Assembly (NCBI RefSeq): GCF_009834535.1
Contig: NC_045696.1
Span: 53,880,001 to 53,944,000, forward strand
Length of the DNA stretch: 64,000 bases
Direction of reading: 5' to 3'
Source of the DNA: Camelus ferus
Lineage: Eukaryota
The notes under the pieces: model-generated
What the model was told of the DNA's origin: nothing
Databases searched by the model: none
Seen by the model: only the letters and a program-made list of their open reading frames with translations
In this document: positions 1 through 12,020 of the stretch, one piece after another
Layout of the letters: each line of letters opens with the position of its first letter
How positions within the stretch are numbered: position 1 is the first letter of the stretch
Position numbers and translations under genes: made by a program

Positions 1-32
1 TGAATCAGGGTTGGAAAGTGGAAAGAAGTTTC

Positions 33-53
33 AGAGAGAGAGAGAGAGAGAGA
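33..53. repeat. (AG)10 microsatellite
   Basis: Perfect AG dinucleotide run. Confidence 0.95.
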
Positions 54-986
54 ACTCTTGATGGGCTGAATTTTCTGTTCTTCTCTCATCTGCATCCCTG
101 GATTCTTTTTCCCCCCTGCAATTCTTCCTCCTTGTCTCTAATTCACACAGTTTTCTACCTGGACAAAGCTCTGGAACAATCATGAGGAAGAAAAATCCCT
201 AAGACTCACTCATTGTTACCTCAGGACATTTCTGTAAAATTTACCAGGCACTCTTTATGACAGAGGGAGTCAAGGACATGCACAAAGGGGCCAAACATGA
301 CCAAGCATTTCAGGGACAAGAGCTGTCAATCAATCAAGGGATCACCTCTAAGCAAAGGTATAAGAGAAAGGGGAGACAAAAACCACTGCTTTTCCTCCCT
401 TGGATCAGCCTGCCTCCCGTTCTTGAAGGTGCACTTCCCTTTTTTAAATAAATCTTTTAAAATCTTTCACTTCGCAATGCACTATCTCCTGACTTTTCAG
501 GTATGACAAGAACTGGGATCTTTACGTTTTGGAGTAACACTTCCATTAAGAAGCTATTCAGTATCTGCTGTCTTGTTTCCTAAAATGCTGAACTCTTGAG
601 AGCAGAATCCGTTTCTTATTAGCCCTGAATTATCTTCATCTATATCTTATTATCAACACATGGTAAATAAACTTTTGACAGCAGGTGGTTTATATTCTTT
701 GTACATATTTATGTTATGATCAGCATGTAGAAACTTGACTATGTATTAGAAAATTAGAAATTACTGAGCATTGTATTGCCAACTCTGCAGGAAGTTTTAA
801 GACATTTTATTGTTTCCAAAAAAGCCAGTTGTAAATACTTACTCAGTATATGAATGATTTATTTTAGGTAGAAAAAGAAAGGTTATTTTAAAAGAAAATT
901 CTGGAGGGAACTCTCATCAACTAACTAACAACTCATCAAATCAGATTTTGAGTTGAAAATAGAAAGAATGCCTTAGTTTGGGGGTA

Positions 987-1666
987 TGGATTGGGTCTTT
1001 GAACCAACTGAGCCTGACCTGTCAGGAATTTCTTGGGTATACAACCCCCCAACCCCAGTATCCTCCATCTCTTGAAGCAAAAGGCTTTGCTTTAGTCCCA
1101 TAGGCCTCTCTTCAGGCTCAGAAAGGCTGGGTCAAGAGTTAATGACTGGAAGAATGTGAACATGTACTAACAAAGATTAACAGCTGGTCCAGAACTGGTA
1201 ACAATTCAAACAGTAAATCAACCATATAGCAGAGTCACAGAACCTTTAACTCTTACCTGAAGAATACATATAACAATGTCTGACACACATCCATAAGCTG
1301 TTTTCTAGAAACCAGACTCCCACCAGATGGAAACTGCTGATCACAAGCACATAGAGTCCAGATCCATTAGAACCAGAAAGATGATGATTGAGATTCCTGA
1401 AACATCACTCTATTACTTCACCAACAACCAATCAGAGAACTGTGCATGAGCTGATCACATACCCTAAGACACTCTCCCTCACCCTGTCTTTAAAAAACCC
1501 TCCCCTGAAAGCTATCAGGGAGTTTGGGTATTTTGACCATGAGCTGCCAGTTCTCCTTGCTTGGTGCCTTGCAATAAATGCTTTACTTTCCTTCATCACA
1601 ACCCGGGTACAATAGATTGGCTTTGCTGCACTTTTGGGGAGTAGAACCAAGTTCAGTTTGGTAACA
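987..1666 (+). mobile_element. Solo LTR, probably ERV1 class (about 680 bp)
   Basis: TG...CA termini (ends GTTTGGTAACA); near 4-bp TSD GGTA(983-986)/AGTA(1667-1670); CCAAT near 1429, TTTAAAA TATA-like near 1490, AATAAA 1573-1578 in U3-R-U5 order. Confidence 0.8.
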
Positions 1667-1682
1667 AGTATTTAGCAAATTA

Positions 1683-2012
1683 TAGTCAGCCCTCCATATC
1701 CATGGGTTTTGCACCTGCAGATTCAACCAATCATGGATCAACACTATTTTTAAAAACCCAGAAAGTTCCAAAAAGCAAAATTTGAATTTGCCACACACCA
1801 GCAACTATTTATATAGCATTTACATTGTATTAGGTAATATAAGCAATCTAAAGATGGTTTAATGTATAAAGAAGGATCTATCTAGGTTATATGCAAATAC
1901 TATGCCATTTTATATAAAGGACTTGAGTATCATCAGATTTTGGTATCTGCAGTGCGGCTGGGGAGAGGGGGTGTCTTGGAACCAAACATCCGTGAATACC
2001 AAGGGACAAATA
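1683..2012 (-). mobile_element. MER2/MER2B-like TcMar-Tigger MITE
   Basis: Degenerate TIRs (TAGTCAGCCCTCC...CCAAGGGACAAATA) flanked by TA; internal GAAAGTTCCAAAAAGCAAAA..TGAATTTGCC and TTATATGCAAATACTATGCCATTTTATATAA typical of the MER2 family. Confidence 0.85.
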
Positions 2013-2720
2013 TATGTTTCTAAAATCTGCTGTAATAATATAATCTTATAAACTTCTCTTTATATTTAGATGTTTCTGATTCCCTTGCTTCTCTCCTCAC
2101 ATGAAGTGTTTTCAGACCTCATACTACAAATTGGAGTTGTATATATGTTGAGGTTTTGTAAATTCAACTTTTTGTCAGTCACCAGTTCTCAAGGAGCTAG
2201 TTAGGTGACGAAGATTGTATCACCACTAAAAATCTGTAGTACATTTCAACTGTCTTATCAATTAGACTGGAAATCTCACAGACTATAAGCATGTTTTAAA
2301 CAGATAATGCTGCCATTAACATAAAAAAATAAGGCACTTCATAGTTAAGAGGAAGAGACAAGAAAACAGTTACAAATATACATATATATACACATACACA
2401 CATATGTAAGGTACATATTTCTTATACTATACTAAATTATATATGTCTGTTGTTGTCAGATCTATTTAGAATGACATTTCAATTTGAAGCAATTTATATA
2501 TAAGGAGATTTCTGTGGAGGATGGGCTGTAGAAGCTTTGGATTTGGCTCTGAGTGGCTCTCAAACACAGAGAGATAATTATGCTCAATCTGCACCGACCT
2601 TGAGGTTTAAGCCCTTTCAAGTTATAGTGAAACAAACAGGTGTAACCACACAAGAGAAAACAATAGCTTTGCTGGGCATGTGAGACCCTTCGTGTGTGTA
2701 CAGAACAGCTGAAATATTAC

Positions 2721-2840
2721 CATTTCAAGGATCCCTGCCTTCCTTTTTCTTCTAGGAAAACACTGCCACCTTCACAGTTTCTGCAGAACACTTCAGAAAA
2801 TATCTTTCACTTACCTAAAAGAAAGAACAACAAAAAAAGC
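2721..2840 (-). other. Candidate recursive splice site (3'ss abutting 5'ss) with putative 94-nt RS-exon
   Basis: Minus strand reads GCTTTTTTTGTTGTTCTTTCTTTTAG|GTAAGTG (junction 2815/2814); alternative donor ATG|GTAATA at 2721/2720. Confidence 0.55.
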
Positions 2841-3139
2841 ATTTAAACATCATTTCATGGTGAATTTGTTTTGCAATTTTAATTTAAAAATCCGTGCGTT
2901 CTTCAATAGACGTGTTTCTGAAACCCTGTCTATGCATTGAGGTTTGGTAAATTAAATCCTGATTTCCCCTTGTCCTGACATTCTAGCTTTAGAATATTTT
3001 TGAAAATTTGATAGTTTATTGGTCATCATTCCTGGTAAAATCATTTAAATATCTTGCATAGACCAGATTTTCTTGTACTTCTTGTACAAGAAAGCCATGT
3101 CTCAATCAAATGCAGAAGGTAGACATTGCCTGGTCTCTT

Positions 3140-3280
3140 CATTATTTAATCATTTGATCAGTCTTTCAGTCCTTCATTTATTTAACAAATATATATTGAC
3201 CTTATTGTATGCTGGCCACTTTGCCAGGCCTGGAGGTGACCAAAACACTCACCCTGACCTTAAATGTCCTACACTTCTTA
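3140..3280 (-). mobile_element. L2 3'-end fragment
   Basis: TTCATTTATTTAACAAATATATATTGACC...TGCCAGGC...CCCTGACCTT matches an antisense L2 tail. Confidence 0.65.
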
Positions 3281-4865
3281 CAGGTAAGCTGTACATCTGT
3301 TAAGAAGGACTAGACTCAGAAGCCCCCTTCCCCTTGACCCCTGGGGATACTCAAAAGTGTAACACAGAAAAGCTGTATCTTTCTTTGGTCCTCAGTTTTA
3401 TGCTCAGTTTGCAACATCATTGCAAAGACATGTTTTTTAGCCAGTCAAACATGGTCCATACGCAAGAGGAAAACTCAGGGACACGGTAGTAAACAGCATA
3501 TTAGCAGTCTGACAGATCATCAGGAGGGACTTTTGCTGTCTAGAAAATAGATGTCCATAGCCAGCTCCTACTAGCCCCCAGCAGCAGCACCACTGCAGAT
3601 GGCACTTCCCTCTGGCACATTTTATGATGTACTGAGACTGCTCAGAGGTCCTTGGCTTAACTGAACTCTGACTCCCGTTCCTCCACATGAGAACACCTTC
3701 AATTACCAGCCCCAGTTCTTATGTCTTTTATGCTACAAACCAGATGAGGCAAACCCAGTCCCTGGAGGAAAAAGAATCACTTTCTGCTTTAGATGAAAGC
3801 TGTGTTTGTCCTGTTGGGGATTTACACTCTGGAATTTCCTATCTGCCACTGGATGTTGCTGATTTATATTCTGTCTTAACATCCACAATGAGCACTGGAA
3901 GCTCTTGGCTTTCATCCCACCCAATCTGAAAACAAGGAATGAGTTCCCTTCAGTGGGCATGTGACAAATGAAGCTGTTATCAACATGCCATAGAAGCGAC
4001 TAGAGCTATCACGAGGGTTGTGAGCCACGCCCTGCACCACAGCTCCGGCGTGTAGCTGCAGTTTTGTCCCAGGCTGAGTCCGCCGCACTCTACTAAGTGG
4101 AAATGATTAGATGGAAACTGGTGAGCAAGGGAGCTGCTAGTGTGGCTGCATGTAGGAAGGCAGCTAGGACAGCAAGAACAACTTTCTGGATTCTTAGGGG
4201 CTACTTGACTTGAGTGGAAGACATCCGTCTTCTTCAATTAAGCATTTCAAGGTGTTTATCTGACTCATTTGATTTTGAAGTGAATACAGAGCTTTAAAAA
4301 TGCAGGTTCCTGAAAGGTATCAAACTGTAAGATTCTTTTATAACACCCCTAGTTATTAAATGCATATGAGTATATCTCCAGAAAGTTCTAAAGCACTGTG
4401 AAAATATAAAGTGCTTTCCCACACACTATTACACTTGTCCTCATGTTACCAAGAGTCGATGGATAAACTTCAACAAATCCCTATACAAAATAGGCATGCC
4501 TATCTAAACCTATGTACTAGCATTAAAACAGGATTACATTATATTATAAATTTCCACACTCAGACTTGTGAGGAAGAAAAATGAGGTGCTGAATGCTTAT
4601 GTTATGTGGCTGCTCCTGCCTTTGAATACTGATTTGTCTTAGTCAAAAATCTATAGATTAAGTAAAGCAATCAGACATACTCTATGATACCCAAGCCTAA
4701 TATACCATAATTGTATTTCTTGGCCGAAATATTGACCATGTGATGCATAGTGAACTCGAGGCTAGCGTATTCTTATTTAGTGTAAGGGACCATAACGAAG
4801 CTAGGAAAAAAATAATAGTGAAGCTCGATAACTACTTTCATGTTCACAAGGCCTTAAGTTCTTTT

Positions 4866-4917
4866 AAAACCAGTAACAATTCTTAAAAATGAAAACCAGT
4901 AACAACTCATAAAAATG
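4866..4917. repeat. 26-bp tandem duplication (2 copies, 2 mismatches)
   Basis: AAAACCAGTAACAATTCTTAAAAATG / AAAACCAGTAACAACTCATAAAAATG. Confidence 0.85.
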
Positions 4918-4984
4918 ATAGGTAGAGGCTGCTGACCATGATGTGGGTGGAGTTAGAAGGAGAAGCAATTTGATATTCTGAAGG

Positions 4985-5167
4985 CAGTACAGGGGAGTGA
5001 TTAAATGAGTGTACTCGGGAGTCACAATTCCTGGGTTTGAAAGGTTACTTAAACTATATAATCCTCAATTTCTTCATCTGTAACATGGTAATAATCCTTG
5101 CACCGACTTCATGATGGTGCCCAGCCTGTGTCTGCTCACAGGAGCCCAGCACATGTTAGCTATTTTT
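4985..5167 (+). mobile_element. MIR SINE (internally deleted)
   Basis: CCTGGGTTTGAA, CCTCAATTTCTTCATCTGTAACATGG core, ATGTTAGCTATT tail. Confidence 0.75.
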
Positions 5168-8100
5168 CTTATTTTCCCTTGGATAATCTCAGCTGCATCT
5201 TCTTTGCTTTGTTGTGCAGAAGGTGAGTTCGAGGTAGAAAAGGAAGAGGGGACTACATGTATAAAATTTTCCTTTACGGCTGGGCACAGAACAGGCTGAT
5301 TAACCGTCTCTTTGGCAATGACTTTGGGAAGTAGCTGCCGAAGGGAGGTGCTACTGAGAGATGAGAATGAACATGATGCATTTTAGTGGTGTGTCCTGCT
5401 GGACTGCCTCCTGAACATTTCATAGGCAGGCTCTCAATGGCTTCCTATGATGAGCTTGGAAAAGGGGTGCAGTGAGGGCATGGAGGAAAGCATGGTGGAA
5501 GCTCATGTAGAATGTCTTAGTTCACAGGTAGACACGGCATCCTGTGTCTTGGTGTGGCTGGGAGGGTTATTAGTAAAACTTTCAGCACAGTACTCTAGCC
5601 AGGAAGTAAACAGAACGGCTTTTTTTTTCAGGTTGTCACTGGAGTGAAATGATAAAGTTTTAATAGTGTTGCAGCGCTTAGATTATTTTCAACAAAAAGA
5701 GAAAGAAGTGTTAGGAGAAAGTATGATCCCATGGCAGGTCAGCCTTTGTTCCCACAGCCTGAGGCAAGACAACAAATAGAGGTGTGCATGCCTTATGTTG
5801 AAATATTTGACAGTTATAAAGAAAGATAACAAACTGATAATAAAATATATTTTATCCTCCCATCTTGACAACATATCTTCATAAGGACCTATAAGGCCAA
5901 GTTAAAATTTACAATTCGAAGACCACTTGGAGTTCTGTACCAGAACGTGGTGCCGCAAAGAGAACTGGCCCCAACCGTGACCTCTGACCCATGGGCTTCC
6001 TCTGATTGCTTTCCACCCCTGGCTCAGTCAATGCTGTAAAGAGACTCACATCCACGTGGACACCCCCAGGCTACACATCCAAGCTTTATATACACCCTAT
6101 GCAAACAACTGCAATCATGGCTACCTCTCTAGCCTAGACATTTGTACAATCATGGGATAGTCTGTCCTTGGAAGAACCAATCCTGGGAAGAGTTCCTTCC
6201 AGACCCTGGAAGCAGGCTCAGGGCTACTTGGGCAGGGAAGTTTGGAGTCCTCTGACCGTGGATCATAGCCTAGAAGGGGTGGCACAGGCCCCAGGTAGGC
6301 ATACATGTATCTTTCATGCCCAAAGACCTCTCACTCCCCAAGGAGGAGTGTAGCTGATGGAGGGGAGGACGCTCTAAAGCAGGAGGCTCGTGGAGGGATC
6401 CTTCTCACCCAGTGCTACTCCTCCATGGAGTGCTGAGTAACATCCACAAGGGAGGAGAAAATAAGGTTTTCTAAGTTTAACCAAGGTCATCATTGCCTTC
6501 CAAGTGAACACTGAACATCAGCCGTAAAAGACTCACTACTATACACTCTAATTGCATCCCTATGGCCTCTCTCGTTGTCACTGTTTTTGTTTTTTGCCCC
6601 CTTCCGACGCTGTAATTCTCTCTCCGTTTTCACTAGGAATTTTACCACATGGAGAGTATAATGAGGCAGCTGCTTAACAGCTGCAGCTAAACAAGAACAA
6701 GACAATTGAGCCCAAAATGTCTTCTCCAAGGGACCTTGGGAAAACGAAGAAAAAGTACTCAAACTGGAATTTGGCCAGGCACTGAAACCAACCCTGCCAC
6801 CCTCTCAGATGTGTCATGGGATCCTTAACCACTGCCTATGATCAAGCATTAGGTTTTAAGTCTCCTCTGAAGGATGTAGCTACAAGAACCCAAGACCACA
6901 GTGTGAGAAGCGAACAGTTCAGTGCTGATTCATGAACACCATCGTTGCAAGGTATAGTTTTCACAAGAAGGCTCCCACTGGAAGCTCCATATAAATCAAA
7001 ATCATAAATAAATAATACTGTGTAAGTACTAAATGGACCTAGCATCCCTAAGATAGTTTAATCAAAGCTTTGGGCATTCTAAAATCAGATTTGTTTTGAT
7101 TTTCTTCAGGCTTCATTTTTTACTTCATGATAATGAAACAAAAGCTTTTCTAAAAACAGACAAAAATGAATCACTGCTACCTGAGGTAAATGCCATACCC
7201 ATTTCCTAAAACAGTCACCTTGTGCACTTAATATAATCAAAACAACAGCAGGGAAGTTCTAAACTCTTGTTAAGTAACCATTAATTATTTATCCAGAGTC
7301 CATCGCTTATGAGCAGATGTAATTCTTGGCCCAGAGGAAAAAACAAACAGCCAACAATGATTTTTTTTGCTGTTGAGGCTGTTGAGGTATAATTGAAAAT
7401 TTTTATCAAAGGCACTCCAGAGAAGTGGTGTGAAAAGGCAGAATTTGGCCTATATTATCTATATGAATGGATTATGTTGCCTACATGAATACTGTTAGAC
7501 TGAATGATAACAGAACTAATGCAACCCTGCACTTAGGCAATGTCCACATTGACTGATTAGGAATTCACGTAGCTGCAACCGCAGAAATGAATGGATAAGC
7601 ATATTAAGATTAGCACAAATACTCTAAGAGATTGTAAGTATAATGGGGATAGTCTTATACTTAAATGACTCTTTATAATTAAAAAAAAATTTTTGACCAT
7701 GTATCTCATTTAATCCACCAGACAACCAGGTGCAGTTCTGTGTCAAGGAAATGCTCTCACCCAACATCTGTTTTGTGGAGTTTTCTGTTACATCTCTAAA
7801 GCATAAATGGAGAATCACCTCCATTGATAAAGGAAGGAACACACAGAGCCAAGACTCTTATTCTTTCCACTAAGCTTCATTTTCTCCAAGAGCAACCTCA
7901 GAAGATTACACATGGAGGTAAACATTTTGCACAACCTAAATCACATTTCTTTACCTGGAAACTTCTTCATACCCCTTTCTCCCCAAATCAAAAGAAGGAA
8001 CATTTGCTTGGCCAGTTAGGAAAACAAACTCGTCTCAGGAAACTTTCCCTTCCTTCTGTTTCATCTTTGTGTTATCTTCATTTCCATCTTCTTTCTCAAG

Positions 8101-8546
8101 TTTCTCTGACTGACTTAATAAAATTATTCTTGTGTTCTAATTCCCTCATATTATTTATGTATGAATTTAGTTATTTTAATTCATTAGGCCCGTCAAAAGG
8201 TCAGATGACAAATTCCTTATTATCTTTACTGCACTATACATATTTTCTATTTCTGGTTCTTTAGGAAGTTGGGACAAGCCAAAATAAGCACAAAAGTTAG
8301 TGTCGAGGATTTAAACTACATCAACAATGGTATTTAGTCAAATTTTGTCATATTTTTGTGTGAATATAGCATGATTTATATCAAAATCTTGACTTAATTC
8401 TGATTGTTCTTTCTAAATTTCATCTTCCTCTTCTCAACAAATTCATACCAAACTATTTATTTTGCTCTCTTTGACACTCGTTGCTTTAGAGCCAATTGAT
8501 TTGCTTCTATTCTTTTCCGGTCATCATTTAAAACATTTTTACTTTC

Positions 8547-8634
8547 GGGGGAAACAGTATATAGCTCAGCAGTAGAGTGTGTGCTTAGCATGCACGAGGT
8601 CCTGGGTTCAGTTCCCCGGTACTTCCATTAAAAA
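8547..8634 (+). mobile_element. tRNA-Ala-derived camelid SINE (vic-1 type), head only
   Basis: TATAGCTCAGCAGTAGAG A-box, GCTTAGCATGCACGAGGTCCTGGGTTC tRNA-Ala(AGC)-like anticodon arm and B-box. Confidence 0.85.
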
Positions 8635-8870
8635 GGGTGGGGAGGGGTTGGGGATTAACAGACACACGTTACTATATATAAAGTAAACAACAAGGACCTC
8701 CTGTATAGAACAGGGAACTATATTCAATTTCTTGTAATAACAAATAATGGAAAAGAATCTGAAAAGAAAATATACATACATATGTATATGTATAACTGAA
8801 TCATTTTGCTGTACACCTGAAACTAATATTATAAATCAACTTCACTTCAATCAAAAATTTAAATAAATAA
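8635..8870 (+). mobile_element. L1 3' UTR end (artiodactyl type), directly abutting the SINE head
   Basis: CAACAAGGACCTCCTGTATAGAACAGGGAACTATATTCAA...GCTGTACACCTGAAACTAA...A-rich tail. Confidence 0.85.
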
Positions 8871-11299
8871 ACAATAAAACCCTCCTATAGGGGAAGCTAA
8901 AAGAAATTAAGAAACTTTACTGAGGTCATACGCCTAGTAATTGATGCAAAAGACCTGCCTGCCTCCTCACCACCCTGCACTTCCGACTCTAGAAACATCC
9001 TCACTCCACGCCATCTGCCTTCTACATTGTTTTCTTCATTCCATCTATATAAACCACAAATGGGAAAAAGGCTATGAAGCATAAAGCAGTGAAAGGAATG
9101 GGGATTTATGAGTATTTTCTCCAATACTATTGCAATTGGTATGTGTGTAATAGAGCGAGGCAGCTCGTGGGCTTGTCCCTGGTGTTCTCCACCAGCGATT
9201 CTGATTTTGCACATGCCACGGATCAGGCCCCACGATCAAGGTCTTTTCTCACACATCCATGTATCTATTATCTAGGAACCGTCCCAAGTTTAATTTCGCT
9301 GAAATGCTATTCTGATCACACCCAGATATTACAGGTAACTAACCTGGCTTCATTTGCTGCCACCCCTGAGAGCCCAAGACGCTGCGAGAGTTGTCCCTTT
9401 AGCAGCTACATCATCTCCATAACTGCTGTGCTTCATCGTTCGCATTCCCTGCTCCCCCTCAACTCCCACCCCCACCCTCTTTCCAGGAGAGATGAAAGAG
9501 TAAATTACATATATTCCTCTGCTCCATAAACTCTGTCAATTTCTGTAGAAACGATATTAAATATGCTAATTTTCCCTTTCTTTTTCTTAATCCATTACAT
9601 TCTGCAACCTCACTCACACCGACCGTTGAAAGAAAACAACCGCAAAGGCATCTTGGTAACGTCATTATGCAAATTTGCTGGTGCTAATCTCTAGAAATCA
9701 AGAAGTGGCTATTAGAGTGGGGAATCTCTGGAAAGAAAGCATGGTACTTCTCCCCTGAGTCCTCCCCTGTGCCTAAAGTCCACCAGCAGTGGAACTCAGT
9801 CTTTGTTGTTTGGAGACTGAGACCTGACCCCTGCAGCTCCCTCACCTCAGGAAGTCACAGGCAGGGTTAGGCTTGATCTAAACTCAGCCTAGAACACAGA
9901 AGAAAGAGAACCCTACTAGGCAGTCGGGCCCCTCTCTGGGAGCGGTGCTCACCAGATGGTCTGAGAGCAATTATGGGGACCATATTTCACAAAATGGGCA
10001 AGGAGGTAGCATTTCTTCTAACCTACAGTAGGGATCTGTAGAGCAGGGGGAGTTTAATACAGCAGCAATAACACAACGAAAAGCTGAGTAATGAGGCTGC
10101 CATGTTAATTTCTCTTACCCACCCTGCTGAGAGGCTTTCCCATTTGTGCTTTGGTTGACCTCTCCGAGCTGTTTTATCTGCCCTCAGGTGGTATCAATGC
10201 TCAGTCCAGGATCCTCTAGAAGCCACCAGGAACCACACCATCACTTAGTGGAAAGAGACACTAGAAAGCATTAAATCTTTCTCTGTGAGATTAGTCTTAC
10301 TCTCCGTTCCAAAATGAAAGAAGGCAGAGCTGGCCACACAGAGCACCTTCCTGTCTCTCTGGTGGTGGAACTGACCTTATGTTTTTGAGAGGAAGGGCAG
10401 TGATGAAACACTGATGCCTAAATATTCTTTGATCTCCTAAACTTGTTTTCACTTACTGCACTGTCTAAATGGGTCTAGAAGAAAGGACTTGTGTATAATT
10501 TCAAATCTATGGTAATGTTCCTACAGAATCCTATTTATTTTAGAAATGACAATCTCATGTATTCTAATTGGAATTAGGTATAAATAAATAACTCTAATCT
10601 GTCTCAAATTCAGGCATACTGCTCAGCTTGAAATTTGCCTAATAATTAGAGCCAAAATAAAAAAGCAAACCATGCCCAGTGATGTTTTGTTTTGATATAG
10701 CCTCTCAATTTTTCTGGAGTTATAAATGTGTTGAATCAATCTACATTCTCCCACATATACTTTGGCAAAATCGCTGCATTGTGACAGCAGACATGCATTA
10801 ATTATCTAAATGTTGCTTCCCACTAAAGCACTTTTATACAATGTGGAAGGACAGAAGAGGTTTTGCATATTGTTAATTCATGTGTGACATTAGTGGGCTA
10901 AGAGGAGTCGGAGGCACATGTGTCTGAGGGTTAAGTGTGGAGTCTCCGAACACCCGTGTCTATTTCTCGTTCTAACACTGAACACTGAAGGAACTTTATT
11001 CCATGGCGGGTTTCTGGTTGTTGTTGTTCATTTGTTTGACATTTCTGAATCTAGAAAATGAGCCAGTTTGTTGTGGGTAACTGTATCATTCAGCATCAGA
11101 GTTCTGTTAAGAGTAGGAGAGAGGATTATAAATGCACTAGGAGTAGAAAGTAATAGAAAGTGAGATTTAGATGAAACTTTGTTGAAAAGAACGCTAGCAT
11201 AAAACCAGAGAATGGTACAGTTGTTAGCCATTAAATACATTGGGGCACAGTGAGGGTAGCATCCACCTCTGGGGCAGCCCAAGAATGATCTGAGTTGAT

Positions 11300-12020
11300 G
11301 GAGGACTCCCATTACCTTCTGGTTCCCAGCACCACTGCTCCACTTCAGACCCTCCTCCGTCCTTCTCAGGGACAGACTGCTGCATCACCCACCCTCCCCA
11401 AATGCATCCAGGGCACCTCTCTCTCACCCAGTTTCCAGAAGCTTCAGACTTCCCCCTACAACATTCATCTAATAACACCAGTTCAGTGAGAAACACTCGT
11501 ATGGAACCCAATACCTTCACAATAAATGGAAACTCCTTTGCATGCTGTTCAAGATCTTTCACAATCAAACCACACCCCTCCTGCTGGACTTCCTGGACAG
11601 CCTCATCTATGCAGTTCTCACTAGAGCCACAGAAGACCACTGCTAGGCTTCATCAACTTCCTCACATCCATGTCTCTCTTCCTGAAGTTCCTTCTTCACA
11701 TAATGTTGGGATCTCTTTGTAAGCCTGTCAAAATCCTGTCCATCCTGCCAGTTTCTGTCCAGATGTCCTAGGATGCTGTCTCTGATGCCTCTCTCCTGGC
11801 CTAATTTCCATCTCAGACGTTTGTTTCCCACCCAGTACACTCATAGCATCTGTGAGATTAACCACCATGTCCCACTCTGTCTTGCCACCCCTTTCTTCCT
11901 CCACTAGATGGCAAGGTCCTGAAGGGCAGAAAAGGTAACTAAATGATTCTGGATGTTCTGATTCCCAGAATAGTGCCTTGTACCTACCAAGTGCTGAATT
12001 AATATTTGCAGATTCAACTT
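11300..12020 (+). mobile_element. L2 LINE 3' portion
   Basis: Pyrimidine-rich L2 body ending CCACTAGATGGCAAGGTCCTGAAGGGCAG...TAGTGCCTTGTACC..AATATTTG. Confidence 0.7.

Noticed and set aside
3265..3290. Plus-strand CTTCTTACAG|GTAAGC recursive-like motif
   Set aside because: At the edge of an L2 fragment, short pyrimidine tract, opposite to the inferred transcription direction here
5930..6480. GC-richer stretch that may be an ancient LTR or other old repeat
   Set aside because: Could not identify termini, TSD or family by eye
8547..8630. tRNA-Ala(AGC)-like sequence (also 18190-18269, 23636-23712, 49508-49586)
   Set aside because: Extra 5' bases, mismatched stems, A-rich tails and TSDs show these are SINEs, not tRNA genes
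7824..9529. ORFs of 146 aa (7824-8264) and 151 aa (9074-9529)
   Set aside because: No recognisable protein similarity or exon-like splice boundaries; lengths compatible with chance
11901..11914. CTCF-like CCACTAGATGGCAA
   Set aside because: Derived from the L2 3'-end motif; not supportable without ChIP data
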